64,000 bases of DNA from the NCBI GenBank assembly GCA_001244265.2, contig CDLV01000008.1, forward strand, positions 248,001-312,000, in the 5' to 3' direction. The notes under the pieces were generated by a model that did no database searches, was not told the DNA's origin, and worked only from the letters and a program-made list of their open reading frames with translations. The stretch's first letter is position 1. Each line of letters starts with the position of its first letter. The stretch comes from Microbotryum violaceum (lineage: Eukaryota). The position numbers and the translations under genes were made by a program. This document shows, piece after piece, positions 23,277 to 37,396 of the stretch.

Positions 23277-23580
23277 CATCAGTGGCACTACTAGAGTATC
23301 TGTTTCCATTACTTTTGTATAATCACGTTCGATATAGGTCTATAATGTCCCGTGTATCTAATCTAGACCCAGGCAATGCATCCATCATTCAGACGAAGAT
23401 TTTGAGCGAGTGGCGGTAGAAGCGAGCGGATTAGAATTGCCCCCCCCCCCCCCCCCTTGAAGAATAGCACGAGACTGGTCTGCAATTGCAATAGATTGTA
23501 ATCCGCACCGGCGCGCGTGTCGAGTCGCCCCCTGGAACTCAGCTGTGCTGCTCCCGTCTCTACACCAAGTCGCGTCGACG

Positions 23581-26500
23581 ATGCCACCTCGTCGCAAGGC
23601 CGCGGCCGTCGTCAAGCAAGAAGAAGAATCGTCTGATGATTCGGTACCACAGCCACCCACATCTCGTGGCGGCAGAGCGAGTCGCACAGTCGCTTCAACA
23701 TCGTCAGTAACGGGAATAAACAAGCCGCCTCGACGTCGTCCAGAGCTCGTTCGGCTCGATCCACTCGTGGCAAGAAGAATGTCGTCGAGTCTGAAGAGGA
23801 GTCTGAAGAGGAGGAGGTAGAAGGGGATAAGCAAGATCAGGAGGAGGAGGCGCAACACGTTCAACCTGTTGCGAAGAAGGCGACGACGGGGGGCGTCGCG
23901 CTGAGACGCGTCGATCAACCAACTCGACCACTTCCGCCTCGGGCAGCTCCAAGGCCACCACCGGGAGCAAGACTCGCACTTCGAGACAATCTGCCAAGGT
24001 CGAAAAGATGCCGGACGAAGAAGAGGCCGCTGATGACCACTTTGATGTAGAGGAGGAGGACGTCAAGCCCACAATCCCGGCGAAGCGCGCCGCGGCGGCC
24101 CCAGCTCAAGGCCGGGGTAAGAAGGTCGCGCCCTCTATCGTTTCGGACGAGGCGAGTGAAGCGGAGCAGGAGCTAGTAGAATCCGTGGAGGAGGACGAAG
24201 CGGAGGCAGAGGAAGTAGGGTCGGAGAATGAGGTTGAAGCAGACGAGGCCACTCTCCCTGCCGCTGCTCAGGCTCAAGCTCTTGACGAGCCCGTCGTCGA
24301 GGGGGCGGTTAAAGACGCTGACGAAGATGGAGAGGAAGCGACGCAGCGCCCACCTCCTTCTCAAGCATCTCGATCATCCGCTACACCAGCACCGACCGCT
24401 TACGATCTTGCGGCTCAAGCGCGTGCAGCTGCTCTCAATCACGCCGCGCTCGAGAAACAACGCGAGAAGGAACGCGAGGGCAAACCTAGATTGGTTATTC
24501 ATCAGCTTGTGCTCGAGGACTTCAAGTCGTACCGGGGTCGAGGCGTCATTGGCCCTTCCACAAGGTAGCCTAACGTCTGTCCAGTCTCGTAGGCTGGTCT
24601 TCACTACTAACACCGGCTCTGCAAATTCTTCAGTCCTTCTCATCGATCGTGGGACCCAACGGCTCGGGAAAATCAAACACCATCGATGCTCTGCTTTTCG
24701 TCTTTGGTTATCGTGCGACCAAGATGCGTCAGGGAAAGCTGTCCGAGCTTATCCACAATTCGGGCGTGGTCGTGCCGGAAGAATCCTCTACGAACCCGCT
24801 GGCACCCACGCAAGACGAGGCCGACGGAGTCGAGTACGAAGATGACGAGAGCGATGATGATGGTAGTTTGGGCAAGAAGAAGGGTGGCAAAAAGGGCAAG
24901 GGTAAGAAGAAGGATGCGAACTATGGTGCTGCACAAGAGGGCCTGATCGGGAGCTGCACCGTCGAGGTCTGGTTTCGAGAAATCATTGATCTGGTAAGCG
25001 CACCTCCAGCACAGCGGCCAAACTCTAACGTGTCACATGCTGATGACTTTTCTGATGTCAGCCCGGTCGTGATGACTTTACGGTCGTACCCAACTCACAA
25101 CTCATTGTTGCCCGCACGGCCTATCGCAACAACTCGAGTCGCTACACGTGAGTGAGAACACCGCTACAGGCGGGGTATCCCTAAATGCTTCATCCACTCA
25201 CAGTGCTCGTTTATCTTCGCAGCATCAACGGCAAAGTCTCGAGCTTCACAGAAGTGCAGACGCTCTTGAAAGCTCGCGGATCGATCTCGACCACAAGCGT
25301 TTCTTGATCCTCCAGGCGAGTGCAGAAGATTCCACAATACCCGCGATCAGACCTTATGCTGACCCGACGATGATTCGTAAGAATGTAGGGTGAGGTTGAG
25401 TCGATCGCCCAGATGAAGCCCAAGGGAGCGACCGAGCACGACGAAGGCTTGTTGGAGTACCTCGAAGACATCATCGGCACGTCAAAGTACAAGCCCGAGA
25501 TCGAGGCCGCGAATGTCGAGGTCGAGCGATTGAATGATGCTCGAGGCATCCAGCTGAACCGCGTCAAGCTCGTAGAACGAGAGAAAGGTGCGCTCGAAAG
25601 CAGGAAGAAAGAATGCGATTCCTACTTGCGCGACCAGAACGAGCTCGTGCACAACAACTCGGCCTTGTTCCAGGTCAACATTCATCAGGCCAGTTACAAT
25701 GCTGAGATCCACACCGCGGAGCTTCAGGAGGCGCAGTCGGGCTTCAATGCTGAGCTTGAGGACCAGACGGGGACGAAGGAGGAGGTCGAGGCGCTGCAGC
25801 ACGAGTACAATGAGATGGTCAAGGATTGCAAGGTCAGTTCATGGCTCTGTGGTGGCCCGATTTCCTGGTCTGACCTCGGGTCGCTCCCGCTCTTGTCACA
25901 GGACACCGAGAAAGCCACAGCCGAGATTGTCAAGCATTTAGCCGTGCTCGATCGCGCGGATGTGCAGCGTCAAGAGAAGAAGAAGTCGATGGTGACCAAA
26001 GTCAAGAAGTTGAAGAAAGTACTTGAAGAGGAAGGGCATTTGCGCTCCGAAGCCGAAACCTGGGTGAAGAATCACTCCGATACGATCACTCGCGTCGGCG
26101 GCGAGATGGAGAAGATGGAGAGCTTGCTTGAGAAGGAGGAGCTCGAACTTGAAAAGGTTCGCGACTCGCTCAAGGGCAAGACGGAGGTGTTTTCGGCGCA
26201 GATCGAGACTCTGCAAACGGAACTGCAGCCATGGGCCGAGCAGATCGGTGCGAAGCAAGCCGCTATCAACCTCGCTCAGAACGAACGCGACATGCTCGTC
26301 GAGAAGGGTGATACAGTGCGAATCGCCATCGAGGAAGCCGAGGCGTCGATCCACAAGTTGCGAAGCGACGACGAGACCAAGAGCGGACGACTGGCCGAAC
26401 TGAAGGCTGAGAAGGCCGAGGTCGAGGCGCAGATTGCCAAAGCCCAAAGCGACATCAACGTAAGTCCGGTCCGATTAGATATCGAATGAGTGCGCATTAT

Positions 26501-29315
26501 TTGACAGGCCAGACATTCTCTGACCGCGCAGGCGATGCAATCTCGAGACGCCAAGCTGCGAGAGCGAGCGACCGCGGCCAGGCAGAGGTCGGACGAGGCC
26601 AAGGCCTCGCAGTCGGCGAGTCGATCCCAAGGGGACACCCTCGCCACGTTGACGAAGCTCAAGGATCAAGGTCGACTCCCCGGCTTCCACGTGAGTATTT
26701 CCGTCGTGAATGCTGACCAAACAGAAGCTGACACATCTTTCGAATCAGGGTCGATTGGGTAACCTGGGCCGAATCGACGACAAGTTTGACGTCGCCGTTT
26801 CCACCGCCTGCGGAGGTTTGGACAACATCATCACCGACACAGTCGTGGTTGCGCAGCAATGCATCGACGTCGTTCGCAAGAACCAGCTCGGACGGGTGAA
26901 CGTCATGGCGCTGGAGAAGATTAAGGCGCGCCAAATGGACAAGATCGCCACACCCGAGAACGTACCTCGCTTGTTCGACCTCATCACGCCCAAAGAGGCA
27001 CGCTTCGCCCCGTGTTTCTTCCAGCTCTTGCAAAATACGCTCGTCGCTAACGATCTCGAACAGGGTAAGCGCATCGCGTACGGGAAGCAGCGCTGGCGCG
27101 TTGTGACCCTTGATGGCCAGCTCTTTGAGACGACCGGTACCATGTCCGGTGGTGGAGGTCGACCCGCGCGAGGCAAGATGAGCTCCAAAATCGTTGCGGA
27201 CGAGTTCACGCCCGAGGTCGTGGCTCGGTGTGAGAAGGAGCGCGAAGCTTCGTCGGAAGCGCTGCGCGTCTTCACGGAGGACAGATCCAAGGCCGAGCGC
27301 GAACTGTCAACGCTGCGCAAACGCCTGCCCGAGGTCGACATGGCCATCGACAAGATCAAGATGGACGTCAAGGCGAGCGACAAGCGTATCGCGGAAGCGA
27401 CTGCTCGACTCAAGGAGCTCAAGACCCAGAGCAAGCCCGAAGCGGGGGACCTCAAGAAGATTGAGCAACTCGACAAAGAAATCGCTTCCCTTTCGATGGA
27501 CCTCGAGAACCTCAAGTCCGAGACCAAGGGCATCGAAACCCAAATCACGGCTCTGCAAAATAAGATCCTCGAAGTTGGTGGTGTGCGACTGCGCGGTCAG
27601 CAGACCAAAGTGCAAGATCTCAAGTCGCAAATCGACCTCGCGAACGAGCGCTTGACCAAGGCCGAAGTCGGCAAGGCCAAGTCAGAGAAGGACGCCGCCA
27701 AGCTGACAAAGTCGATTGGCGCGAATCAGAAGGGGTTGGAGGCGGCGCAGCAAGAGCTCGAGGAACTGGTGCAGCAGATGCAAGGCGGCGACGAGGAAGT
27801 CTCGGCCGTTCGTGATGCGGTCGCCAAGGCTCAGGCCGTTCTGGAGAGCAAGACGGACGAACTGGCCGAGATGAAGCGCACGCTCGATGCCCAAATCGAA
27901 ATCATGACCCAGTTCCGCAAGCGCGAGGTGAGTTCCAACCCATCGCTCTTCGAATCCTGACGCTAGCGATCGACTAACAGTATGTAAGCACAATCCGACA
28001 GATGGAGCTGAAGCAGCAGGTCGATCAGCACACCAAGCTACTCAAGGAAGCGAACAACGCGATCGAGTATTGGTCCGAGAAGGTCGCGAACCTCGTGCTC
28101 AACGAGATCAACGAGGACGATGATGATGACGAAGAAGGAGAAGCTGGCGAGGGAGCGGTGCGCGAAAAGCCACCTCGGCCCGAAACCGAGCTTCATCAAT
28201 ACTCGGACGAAGAGATCGCAGAGCTTGATGTCAAGGTCCTCAAGGCCAAGATTTCGGCGCTCGAGGGTGCGTAAAGTCGCAATCGTGATAAGTCTGGTTG
28301 GTCACTGACTTGCTCTGGACCCATAGAACGAATCGCGCGATCGACGCTCGACCTCTCGGTCCTCAAGGAGTACGCGCGACGTGAGAAGGAATTCATGCAG
28401 CGAGCGGCGGATTTGGACGCGGTTACGAAGGAGCGTGACGCGGCGAAACAGTTGGCCGACGACCTGCGCAGTCAGCGCCTCCGCGAGTTCATGGGTGGTT
28501 TCGGTATCATCTCGATGAAGCTCAAAGAAATGTATCAGGTATGTCAGACAGCACAATGGGAGTCTGTCGCCTGGCTGACGTCAAAGTATTGTCGCAGATG
28601 ATCACTCTTGGTGGTAACGCGGAGCTCGAGTTAGTGGACTCGCTCGATCCCTTCTCCGAAGGCATCATCTTCTCCGTCATGCCGCCCAAGAAGAGTTGGA
28701 AGAACATCTCCAATTTATCAGGTGGTGAAAAGACGCTCAGTTCGCTTGCCCTCGTGTTTGCGCTGCACGTCTTCAAGGTCAGCTCGCCAGCTTTATGAAA
28801 CAGTGTTGAGCTATCTCTGACGCTCCTATCGACAACCGCCGTTCGCAGCCTACACCTCTCTACTTCATGGATGAGATTGATGCCGCTCTCGATTTCCGGA
28901 ACGTCTCCATCGTCGCCAACTATATCAAGGATCGGACAAAGTGAGTGCCACGCCTATCACTTCCTCCAACTACAGAGCTCGTCGCTAAACTAGACTACCT
29001 TTCGTCGATTAGGAACGCCCAATTCATCATCATCTCCCTCCGTAATGTAAGATGCGTTCCGAGAGGTGACTTTTCTCTGATCTCTCCACTGTACTGATCA
29101 CATATTCTACCGCCAACGTCGATTAGAACATGTTCGAGCTCTCGTCTCGACTCATCGGTATCTATAAGGTGGCCAATCAGACTCGTAGCGTCGCGATCGG
29201 TAAGCTCATCTACACGTCTGATCTGCCGCCTCGTCTAGACGCTGAAGTTCGAACTTGTACTTGTGCAGACAACAAGGAGCTCGCCCAGATCCAAATGGTC
29301 CCCGCAACAGCCTGA
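23581..29315 (+). CDS. SMC4: Condensin subunit SMC4 (multi-exon; several probable assembly frameshifts)
   Basis: LEDFKSY, Walker A GPNGSGKS, IDLDHKRFLILQ/GEVESIAQMKPK, hinge GRLGNLG and WRVVTLDG, LSGGEKTLSSLAL, Walker B YFMDEIDAALD. Confidence 0.97.
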
Positions 29316-31503
29316 ACGCCCTGCATTCATTGATATGTATCATCACCTGGGTCATTGACCATTCTCTATTCTCAGTCTCTCTTTCGACTTTCTGATCCAT
29401 CCCTGCTTTTTTGACACCTTGATTATTCTTCCCCCTGAGCCTGAGCCTTGATGTGCATTGTGGGTTCGATCTGCTTGTAATATATGGCGTTTCCCATCCA
29501 ATGAGGTTGAACGAATTGAAGGCCCAGCGGACGTCTCGGTCAATAGATGAGAAAACCGGCGTATTACATTCAAAAGGAAGCCAACGACATACATTCAAGA
29601 CCCAGACTCCTGATCGGAACAAAAGCTTTTCTCACACTTTGATCCCCCTTTTTTTAGTAGTCTTTCTCAGCCAAGTCCTCTATCAAAAACCCTACAGACC
29701 ATCTCCCCTTCACTCCACCACTCCGGCGATCGGTCTTGGCCCGTCTCCCGGTCAAGAAGCCACGTCACAAGCCCTATTTTGACGGGATTCGAGAGACCGG
29801 CGCATTATACCCGGCTGAAAGACTAAGCGACGGCGAATTACGGTCGACGGGGTTGCTTGTATTTGGTGACGGGTGGCCAAATTTGGTCGAGGACCAATTG
29901 CCCGATCTCAAAGAATACTGCGATAGGAACATGGTGCGATGAGCGCCAACTCCCTAAGACGATCGGAGCACACCTCAACAAGACCACCACCGAGCTACCT
30001 CCCTCCCTCCCCAACCCCTCGAAGAAGCCCTTCCGAACCACACCAGGCAGAAACTCACCTCCACCCGCTAACAACAAGAAGAATGCGATAAACAACCACC
30101 GCGGGATGGTGGCCTTTTGCGTCTCGCTCGGCTTGGTCGCCTTCTTGAGCGGGTTCGACTTGCCCGCTTTGTTGGCGAACGCTTGCGATCGTTGGCGTAA
30201 TTCGGTGTGAGAGGCGGCTCGGACCTGAGGGAAGAAAGGGTGGGGCGTTAAAGGTGGGTTGCGGTCGGGTACTAGGAGTGGGGGAGGGGGAGGGGCTCAC
30301 CATTTTGGTGAGAACGGGACGGGATAGGGGGAAATTAAGAGGTCGTTGGAGGCGCGCGTCGAGCAAGGACGGGCGTGAGTGGAGACGTGGCGTGGTAGGC
30401 GGTCCGTGCGCACTGCGTCGGGGAGGGTAGATCGTCATCGCAGGCATAGAGACAGGTCAAACTGAAGATAGGTCATTTGACTTGACACAACTTTAATTCT
30501 TGGACAGCACGGTATCAACTCAAGATATCAGCCCTCAAGACTTTACTGATCGCGCCAAGGTTTCTCCGAGTCGTCAAATGTGACCTCGCCTCAGATTGCA
30601 AACTTATTTAGTGGGTGGCGATCATGCAAGCTACGAAACACTCCACCTTACTCGTACTCGAAACCCCAACGACCCCCTCCCTTGCCTTGTCAGAGATGAT
30701 GAAGCTCGTTCGGTGGAACCAGGCCCCGAGCCGAGGTGAGCAAAGTCACGTGCCGTGCGAGTCTGCTCCAAAGTTCGTACGCCAGAATCAAGAACAGGAC
30801 CACAGCCTTCTCCAAACGAGGTTGGTTCCAGCGGGTTCATGTAATCGATCAACGCCCAAAAAACGAAGAGATATCAGACGGCAGATGTTGAAGCGGGATC
30901 CGTGAGGAACCGACACGCTACAAACGACCCGACCCAAATGGGGGTTTCTTTGCTCGAGCTCGTCCTCACCACTGACGGGCAATGAACGGTATCGCGATTA
31001 GGTAAGGAGCAGAAGTGAAGGCTGGTAAAGGAGGATGAGCTCGTCGTTGCCATTCCTCGTTACATCATCATGGGCGAGGTTGGGAAAATTGATGCACAAA
31101 CTGGTCCGTGGAGGAGGACGAGTCGACGTTGTTGTCTGCTGTTAATGTAGAAGGTGACGAGAGCGACAACTCATCTCATTAGACGTTCATTGCCGTGGCG
31201 AACGTTCACCGCCAACGATCGTCTCTTGAGATGAGTTGGTCGCTCGTGGAGGGCAGAAGCGACTGAGCGAGGTTCAGTGCGATGGTCCGTTTTGAGCAAT
31301 TGCCTGTTACAAATTGCGTCTCCGCTAATCGACAATATCGCCCAGCGGAAGGGTCTCCTTTTCGAAATGCCGGCTGCCCCGTCGGGTCCCTCTTGTGTTC
31401 CAGCTGGAGCTTCGCGCCTTCGCGCCACGACGATCCGTCCGTATTCTTTGCCACTGAATCAGTCTCGCATGTCGGGATCGTACCCACGACGCTCTACGAC
31501 GAC

Positions 31504-33586
31504 ATGGCGTTCTCTACCCCTCTTGCTTCGGCTCCCCCGTTCACACTGATCGCGTCGACCTCAGCACTGCAGATACCCCCTTTGTCGACTCCATCCATGA
31601 GCTCCCAGTCAGGGCCGAGCTCTGTCCCTGGCACGATCGTACCCACTATCGGCGAGGATCGACCTCTCAAACAAGCACCCCCTCTCTACACCTACCTCAA
31701 ACAAGTCCGACTGCCACACGGACACTCGCTCCCTGCTTCCGAATCGACTTCGGCTCAAGTGTTGAGGATGACCTTGCATCCACATCGGTGTGAAATCGCG
31801 CTCGTGGACTTGCACTATCATACAGAGGAAGAGAGGACGCGGCATGCGGTACCGACTCGGGTCTGGTTCGACGCCAGCTGGATCCAGGAACTCAATGTGG
31901 GGCAACTTCCTTCGTGGCGATAACCCTCCTGCTCTCTCCTCCGAGGCTGACGAGCTGGGTGGTCTTTACTTCTGCACAGCTTGACATTGAGCATTTGGTC
32001 GACGAGGATGGTGACCCCGTGGAGGGATCCGAACTCGTCATTTCGTTCAAGCTACACTTGCAAGACGGTGAGCACCGAGAACCTTCTCTCCTCAACTTTA
32101 GATCAAGCCCATGCTTACGGCCCGCTCGAGTGGGTCTGCGCAGGCGAAACCATCTGGATCCATTGCCAAGTCGACACGAGGACAACGATGCGTCACGAGT
32201 GGCATTACTTTGAGACTCGCACCAAGCGACGGCTCAAGAGATGGTCCGACAACGTTCCGTTCCCGGCCACGATTAGGTTCGTCACCTTTCTCTCTCTCTC
32301 GTGATCGAAAGCTTCTTGGTCCTCAACACTTGGCAAGTGGAGAAATTTAATGCTTGGAATACTTTGAGGTCTGCAGCCCACGTGGAGCTTGGGCCATCCC
32401 ACCACCCGGGACGTCGCTTTACTCGATCACACCCCCACCTTGGTACGACCCGGACGACATGCGCACATGGACCTATTCGTTCCCTCCTCTCGATTCGGAC
32501 GAGTGGCAGATGTTTCTGAAGAAAAAGGGCAATGTGGAGCAAGCCGCTGGGGTCCGGAGTGCGCCATCACCGAGAAAGCAACGAGCGCCGCCCGTTCGGC
32601 CTGACGCGCTGGTCTTGCCCAAGCGCAAAATCAACAAGCGCAAGTACAGTAGTAAACGCGAAGGGAAAGCCGTGGCCAAGCGTCTACCTGACGACGACTC
32701 GGACAAGGACGACGCCGACGCCGACGATCTTTACGTTGACTCTACGGCCTCGAAAAATTCAAAATTGACCGCCTCGCTCTTCGAGGTTGTCGTCCAAGCG
32801 CGACTCGTGCCCACCACAACTTCGACCTCGTCGATCCAGGGCCGACGAAAACCTGTTTCCACAAGTTCTTCTTCAAGAAGCGCCAGTAACGACAATGCGG
32901 CGGATGCAGAATCAGAGCGTTCGAGAACCCCAGCAAGTCGAGGTCGGCCACCCCCGGCTTCCACGTTTGACCCTGATTCATTCGCCTTCATTTCGAATGG
33001 TCATCGACGATCGGATAGGACGTCCAGGAAGTCACCGAATTTGGCCAAAGAATATTCCCGTGAGGTGCAGTTGGCCGAGATGGTCCAACGAGTCGAACAA
33101 GCCGAGGAACGGAATGCCCAACTCGAACGTGAGGTCGAAGAGCTCAAGGCTTCATTGCAGGCCAAAGATCTTGAATTGGCTCGTGGTCCAGGGATCGCAG
33201 CTAACAAGGAGGGGCAGCATACGCTTGAATTGGAGGCTTTGACCGTTGTGGTCGATGCAGGGGCGCGAAGGGAGGCGGATCTCGAGCGAAATTTACGTCA
33301 GCTCAAAGAGCTTGTCAAGGAGAAGGATCTCGAACTGGAACGGGGTCGAAAGGAGATCGAGATGCACGTCTTGAAGTGGGAGAAGAGAGACGGGGAAATG
33401 AACGTTGTCGAAGAGAAAGAGTCGGACGTGTTGGACAAGCGACTCGACTCGCTCGTCGTGTTGGGATCGTCGACGGCTACAGGAAGCTCCGATCCGGGTC
33501 TGGCCGACTTGATGAAGGTGAGAGACGAGATCGATGAGAAGCCGCAGCAAGCTCGTGCAGAATTATGTGCTCGAGGTCATTTGTAG
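31504..33586 (+). CDS. Uncharacterised multi-exon protein: small globular N-terminus, S/K/R-rich linker, C-terminal coiled coil
   Basis: Consecutive frames linked by plausible GT-AG introns (about 31897-31979, 32069 onward, 32277-32376); heptad-rich C-terminus LAEMVQRVEQAEERNAQLEREVEELK; exon ends uncertain. Confidence 0.55.
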
Positions 33587-34107
33587 AGTAGCCAGTACTG
33601 CATTTATTTTTAAAATATACTCGTACCTGTGAATGGCGTGCCTGCTGCCGAGGCAGCTGTGAGAACAAATCCTGCCCACACTTGAAGTGATCGGTGCCGC
33701 GGCACTGACCTCGGCGGGCGGTCTGCTCGGCTGCGGACGGGTTGAGCATGAAAGCGCTCCCACCGGACGGCAAGCGCGGGGAGGCGCTGGGTCTCGCAGG
33801 GTCGCGCGGAGAGTCGCGGGGTGTCCGCGGGCCGCGCAATCCAATTGCTTGTTGCCATCATTCCTTCTTTCGCTTATTCACACCTCTTTGGTTCTCATCT
33901 CGAACAGCAGACGCTCAGTTCGTAAAATCGTCGACGTCGCCCCCGTCGCATCCCTTGCTCCTTGACTCTAGCTAGCCAAGTCCGAGCTCCACCCCATTTA
34001 ACCGGCTACTACCACGGCCTTCGATCTTACCCGGCTCGTTCCTCCGCAAAACTCACGCCTTCGCAGCTCTAGCACCTCTCCCCCTCCTTCCACCTCTACA
34101 AGAAACC

Positions 34108-35618
34108 ATGTCCTCGCCAGCGGTCTACATCGCCGCCGGTCGACGTACCGCGTTCGGTGCGTTCGGAGGCAAGCTCAAGTCGTACACGGCCGCTCAACTG
34201 GGTGGGATCGCCGGTAAGGCCGCTTTGGCCGATCTGCCCGAGGGGACAAAGGTCGATTCCGTTCATTTCGGGTCAGTACGGCGTACTTGGTTCGCTTTAG
34301 AGGGTCCAGTGCGCTCTCTTGAGAAAGACGGTTACTGCACCCTGTAAAGCCTCCAGTGGAATGGTCCGTGCAGCGCTGACGTAATACCACCCGCTACATT
34401 GGCGCACCTACTTTCTTTCATCTTCCTCTGGTACAGTGCCGTGCTTCAATCCGACCCTTCAGGACCTTACCTCGCACGACATGTCGGTCACCTTTCCGGT
34501 CTGCCCGTCGATGTCCCCGCTTGCACCGTTAACCGGTGAGTCTCATCTCCGTACGGGTCCCGCCTTTCGAGGCTGTTCGACCTCCACACGCTCGGGAAAG
34601 GTTCGGTGGGATGGAAGATGAAATGATGCGAAAAATACTTTTGATCCTGATCGACTAGTATGATTGCACCCTCCCATGCAGTCTCTGCGGTTCGGGTTTC
34701 CAAGTCATCATCAACGCCGCACAAGAGATCAAGCTCGGAGAAGCGGACGTCGTCCTAACCGGTGGTGCCGAGTCCATGTCACTCGCGCCTTACACCCTCT
34801 CCGGTGCATCCCGCTGGGGAACGCGGTACGGCGTCGACCTCAAACTCGAGGATTCCCTCGCCGCCGCTTTGACCGATCGAGTTCCGAACCCTACCCCTAT
34901 GGGTGTCACCGCGGAGAATTTGTCGGACAAGTACGGCATCACGCGCGAAGAATGCGATGCCTACGCTCTCCAATCCCAACAACGATGGAAAGCCGCTCTC
35001 GATGCCGGAGCTTTCAAGAATGAGATCACGCCCATCTCATTACCTTCGCGAAAGAAGGGAGCACCTTCGGAAGAGTTCACGCAGGACGAACACGCTCGTC
35101 CTCAATCGACGCTCGAGTCACTCGCGAAATTGCCTTCGGTGTTCAAGAAAGGTGGCACCGTCACCGCAGGTAACGCTTCGGGGATTTGTGATGGTGCAGC
35201 AGCGAACGTAGTCGTTTCCGAAACCGCGTTGGGAAAATACGGTATCAAACCTCTAGCACGTGTCTTGGCGACCCATGTAGTCGCCGTCGAACCTACCATC
35301 ATGGGTATCGGACCCGTCGAAGCTGTTCGAGGCGCTTTGGCCAAAGCGGGTCTCAAGATCGAGGATATCGATCTCTTCGACATCAACGAAGCGTTCGCCG
35401 CGCAATGGCTTTCCCTTCAACGTGAACTCGGTTTACCCAATGACAAATCCAACGTCTTTGGTGGAGCGATTGCGTTGGGTCATCCTCTTGCTGCTTCGGG
35501 TGCGAGGATCGTTAATAACCTCGTGCACAATTTGCATCGCTTGGATAAGAAGTACGCCGTGGGGGGTGCTTGCATTGGTGGTGGGCAAGGTATTGCTATC
35601 GTTTTGGAGAGGGTTTGA
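34108..35618 (+). CDS. 3-ketoacyl-CoA thiolase, ACAA2-type
   Basis: RTAFGAFGGKLK, spliced TVNRLCGSG (catalytic Cys), GGAESMS, VTAGNASGICDGAAA, NEAFA, GGAIALGHP, CIGGGQG. Confidence 0.95.
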
Positions 35619-36004
35619 AGCAAAAACCCTAGGGCTTCGCACGAAGGAAGATAGACGTGGGTTCTTGCAGATGTACTTGTCCCAAAAAAACAGAATATGA
35701 AAGAAGATGCACTTCACTACTGAAAAACGCAGTCACTACTATGCGGTGGAAAGGGGGATACGAGGGGGAGGAAGGAAGAAGAAAGTACATGCAGATACGT
35801 TAATGCTACCTAAACTATACAGACCGAGATGGGAAAAGGTGGGGAACTATGTACAACAGGAACTTGGTCGATCCAAGGAAGACAACGGGGACGCGCGGTT
35901 TCCAGGAGCGTGGAATGAGTATATCGAGGCGTGCGCGTTGAACTCCAAAGCGAGAGTGAAGTATGATATAAACATGTTATGGTGGAGGTAGAGCTTTGCG
36001 TCAA

Positions 36005-37396
36005 TCATACGAGACCGTAGGTGTTGAGATGGGGCGAGTTCGAACGGATCACGTGGAGCCCTATCGGCGAGGTCGCGTCCGGCTCCATATCAATCTTGCC
36101 GCTATCGTGACTTGTATGCGAAGAGGTCGGAGGTCGACGCATGATCGGGCTCGGTTGACCCGACACGAACGAAGGCAGTCCTCCTTCCTTCGTATCGCGA
36201 CTATCGATTCCGATGTGGATGGGGAGTCCGAGCGTCGGCGTTGCGGCGAAGAGTTCTCGAAGGTCCGCCCGCGAGTCGAGGTTGACAAGCAGCGAGATAA
36301 GGTACATCGAACAGAGTGGAATTTGGAACGCAAGGGTACTGTTCCTACGCGTATCGGAGAAAGCGAAAGAGAAATCGAGAATGGCGCCGATCAGAGCAAA
36401 GGTACTGGTGTACATCGCGCTGTGGATCGCGAGCTTGATGAGGCGGCGCATGACCGAATCGGTCCTCGATCTCTTGTCGCCGACCATGCGCGCTCGGTAC
36501 TGGTTGATGAGCGCGACCGTGATGGTGAGATCGACGGTACACGTGGCCCAACAGTACGTTCCCATGCTCTTGTTGAAGTCGAATGGTCCGATCGCCTCCG
36601 TTCCTTTGCTACGTGAAAGGAACGACAGGATCGTGTAGAGTAGAACGGCGACGAAGTTCATCGCGACGCAGAGGCCGATAAAGGTCATGTAGGCGATTCG
36701 CGCGAATCGTTTCGTGAAGAGCTGTGAATTCAAATATGGGTTGGGTAGGAGCTTGTTTAGTGAGCGTGGGTGAGCACAAACGCCGCGCTCGAGTCGAAAT
36801 TGCGACCGACCGAGCTAGCGCGCCGAGCGAGGTAGAGTTGGATCATGGACCCCACCAAGCCGACCGGAACGAGGGAGAATGCGTCGACAATCGTCTGTAT
36901 TTCCGAGCAAAGCCAGAAGTGGAGAGAGGATACTGTCAGCCGACTGCTCCCCTCGGCGCAACGAAATAGTTAGGAGCAACCGGCAATGCCATTGGTGCTC
37001 GCCGAACTCGAGCGGGCCGCTCGGGTAAAATGACGAAATTGGCGTCGGAAGCGGAAAAACAATCGCCCACGAAGCTAAGCGCGAGCTCACCTGACTGTAC
37101 AGAACGTCCGCGGCCCGTTCTTGACTGGTCATGTAGTGCCATGTGCTCCAGTAGTTGGACCCAATGTCGATCAAGCTGAGCGCCATAGCGCTCAAGAGCA
37201 ACAAGCGCAGGCGCCACCCGTCGGCCCTCCAAGCCGACGACCGGACATATCGGAGGAAGAGGCTCAACGCAAAGCCGCCGAGGTAGACGTCGAGTAGCAT
37301 TCCGAGCACGAACGGTCCCAACGACCCGGTGGCAACGGCCTGGGTGGCGACATACTGCAACACGTCCGTGTCGGACGGTCCTGCATCCCCTGCCAT
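36005..37396 (-). CDS. DUF6534-like multi-pass (7TM) membrane protein, copy 1
   Basis: LGPFVLGMLLD TM1; DLTIT..L, TDSVMRRLIKLAIHS..YTS, LCSMYLISLLVNLDSR..LR C-terminal pattern; introns. Confidence 0.8.

Noticed and set aside
29700-31200. Short ORFs and a G-rich tract between SMC4 and the orphan gene
   Set aside because: No recognisable domain, coherent splice model or repeat boundaries
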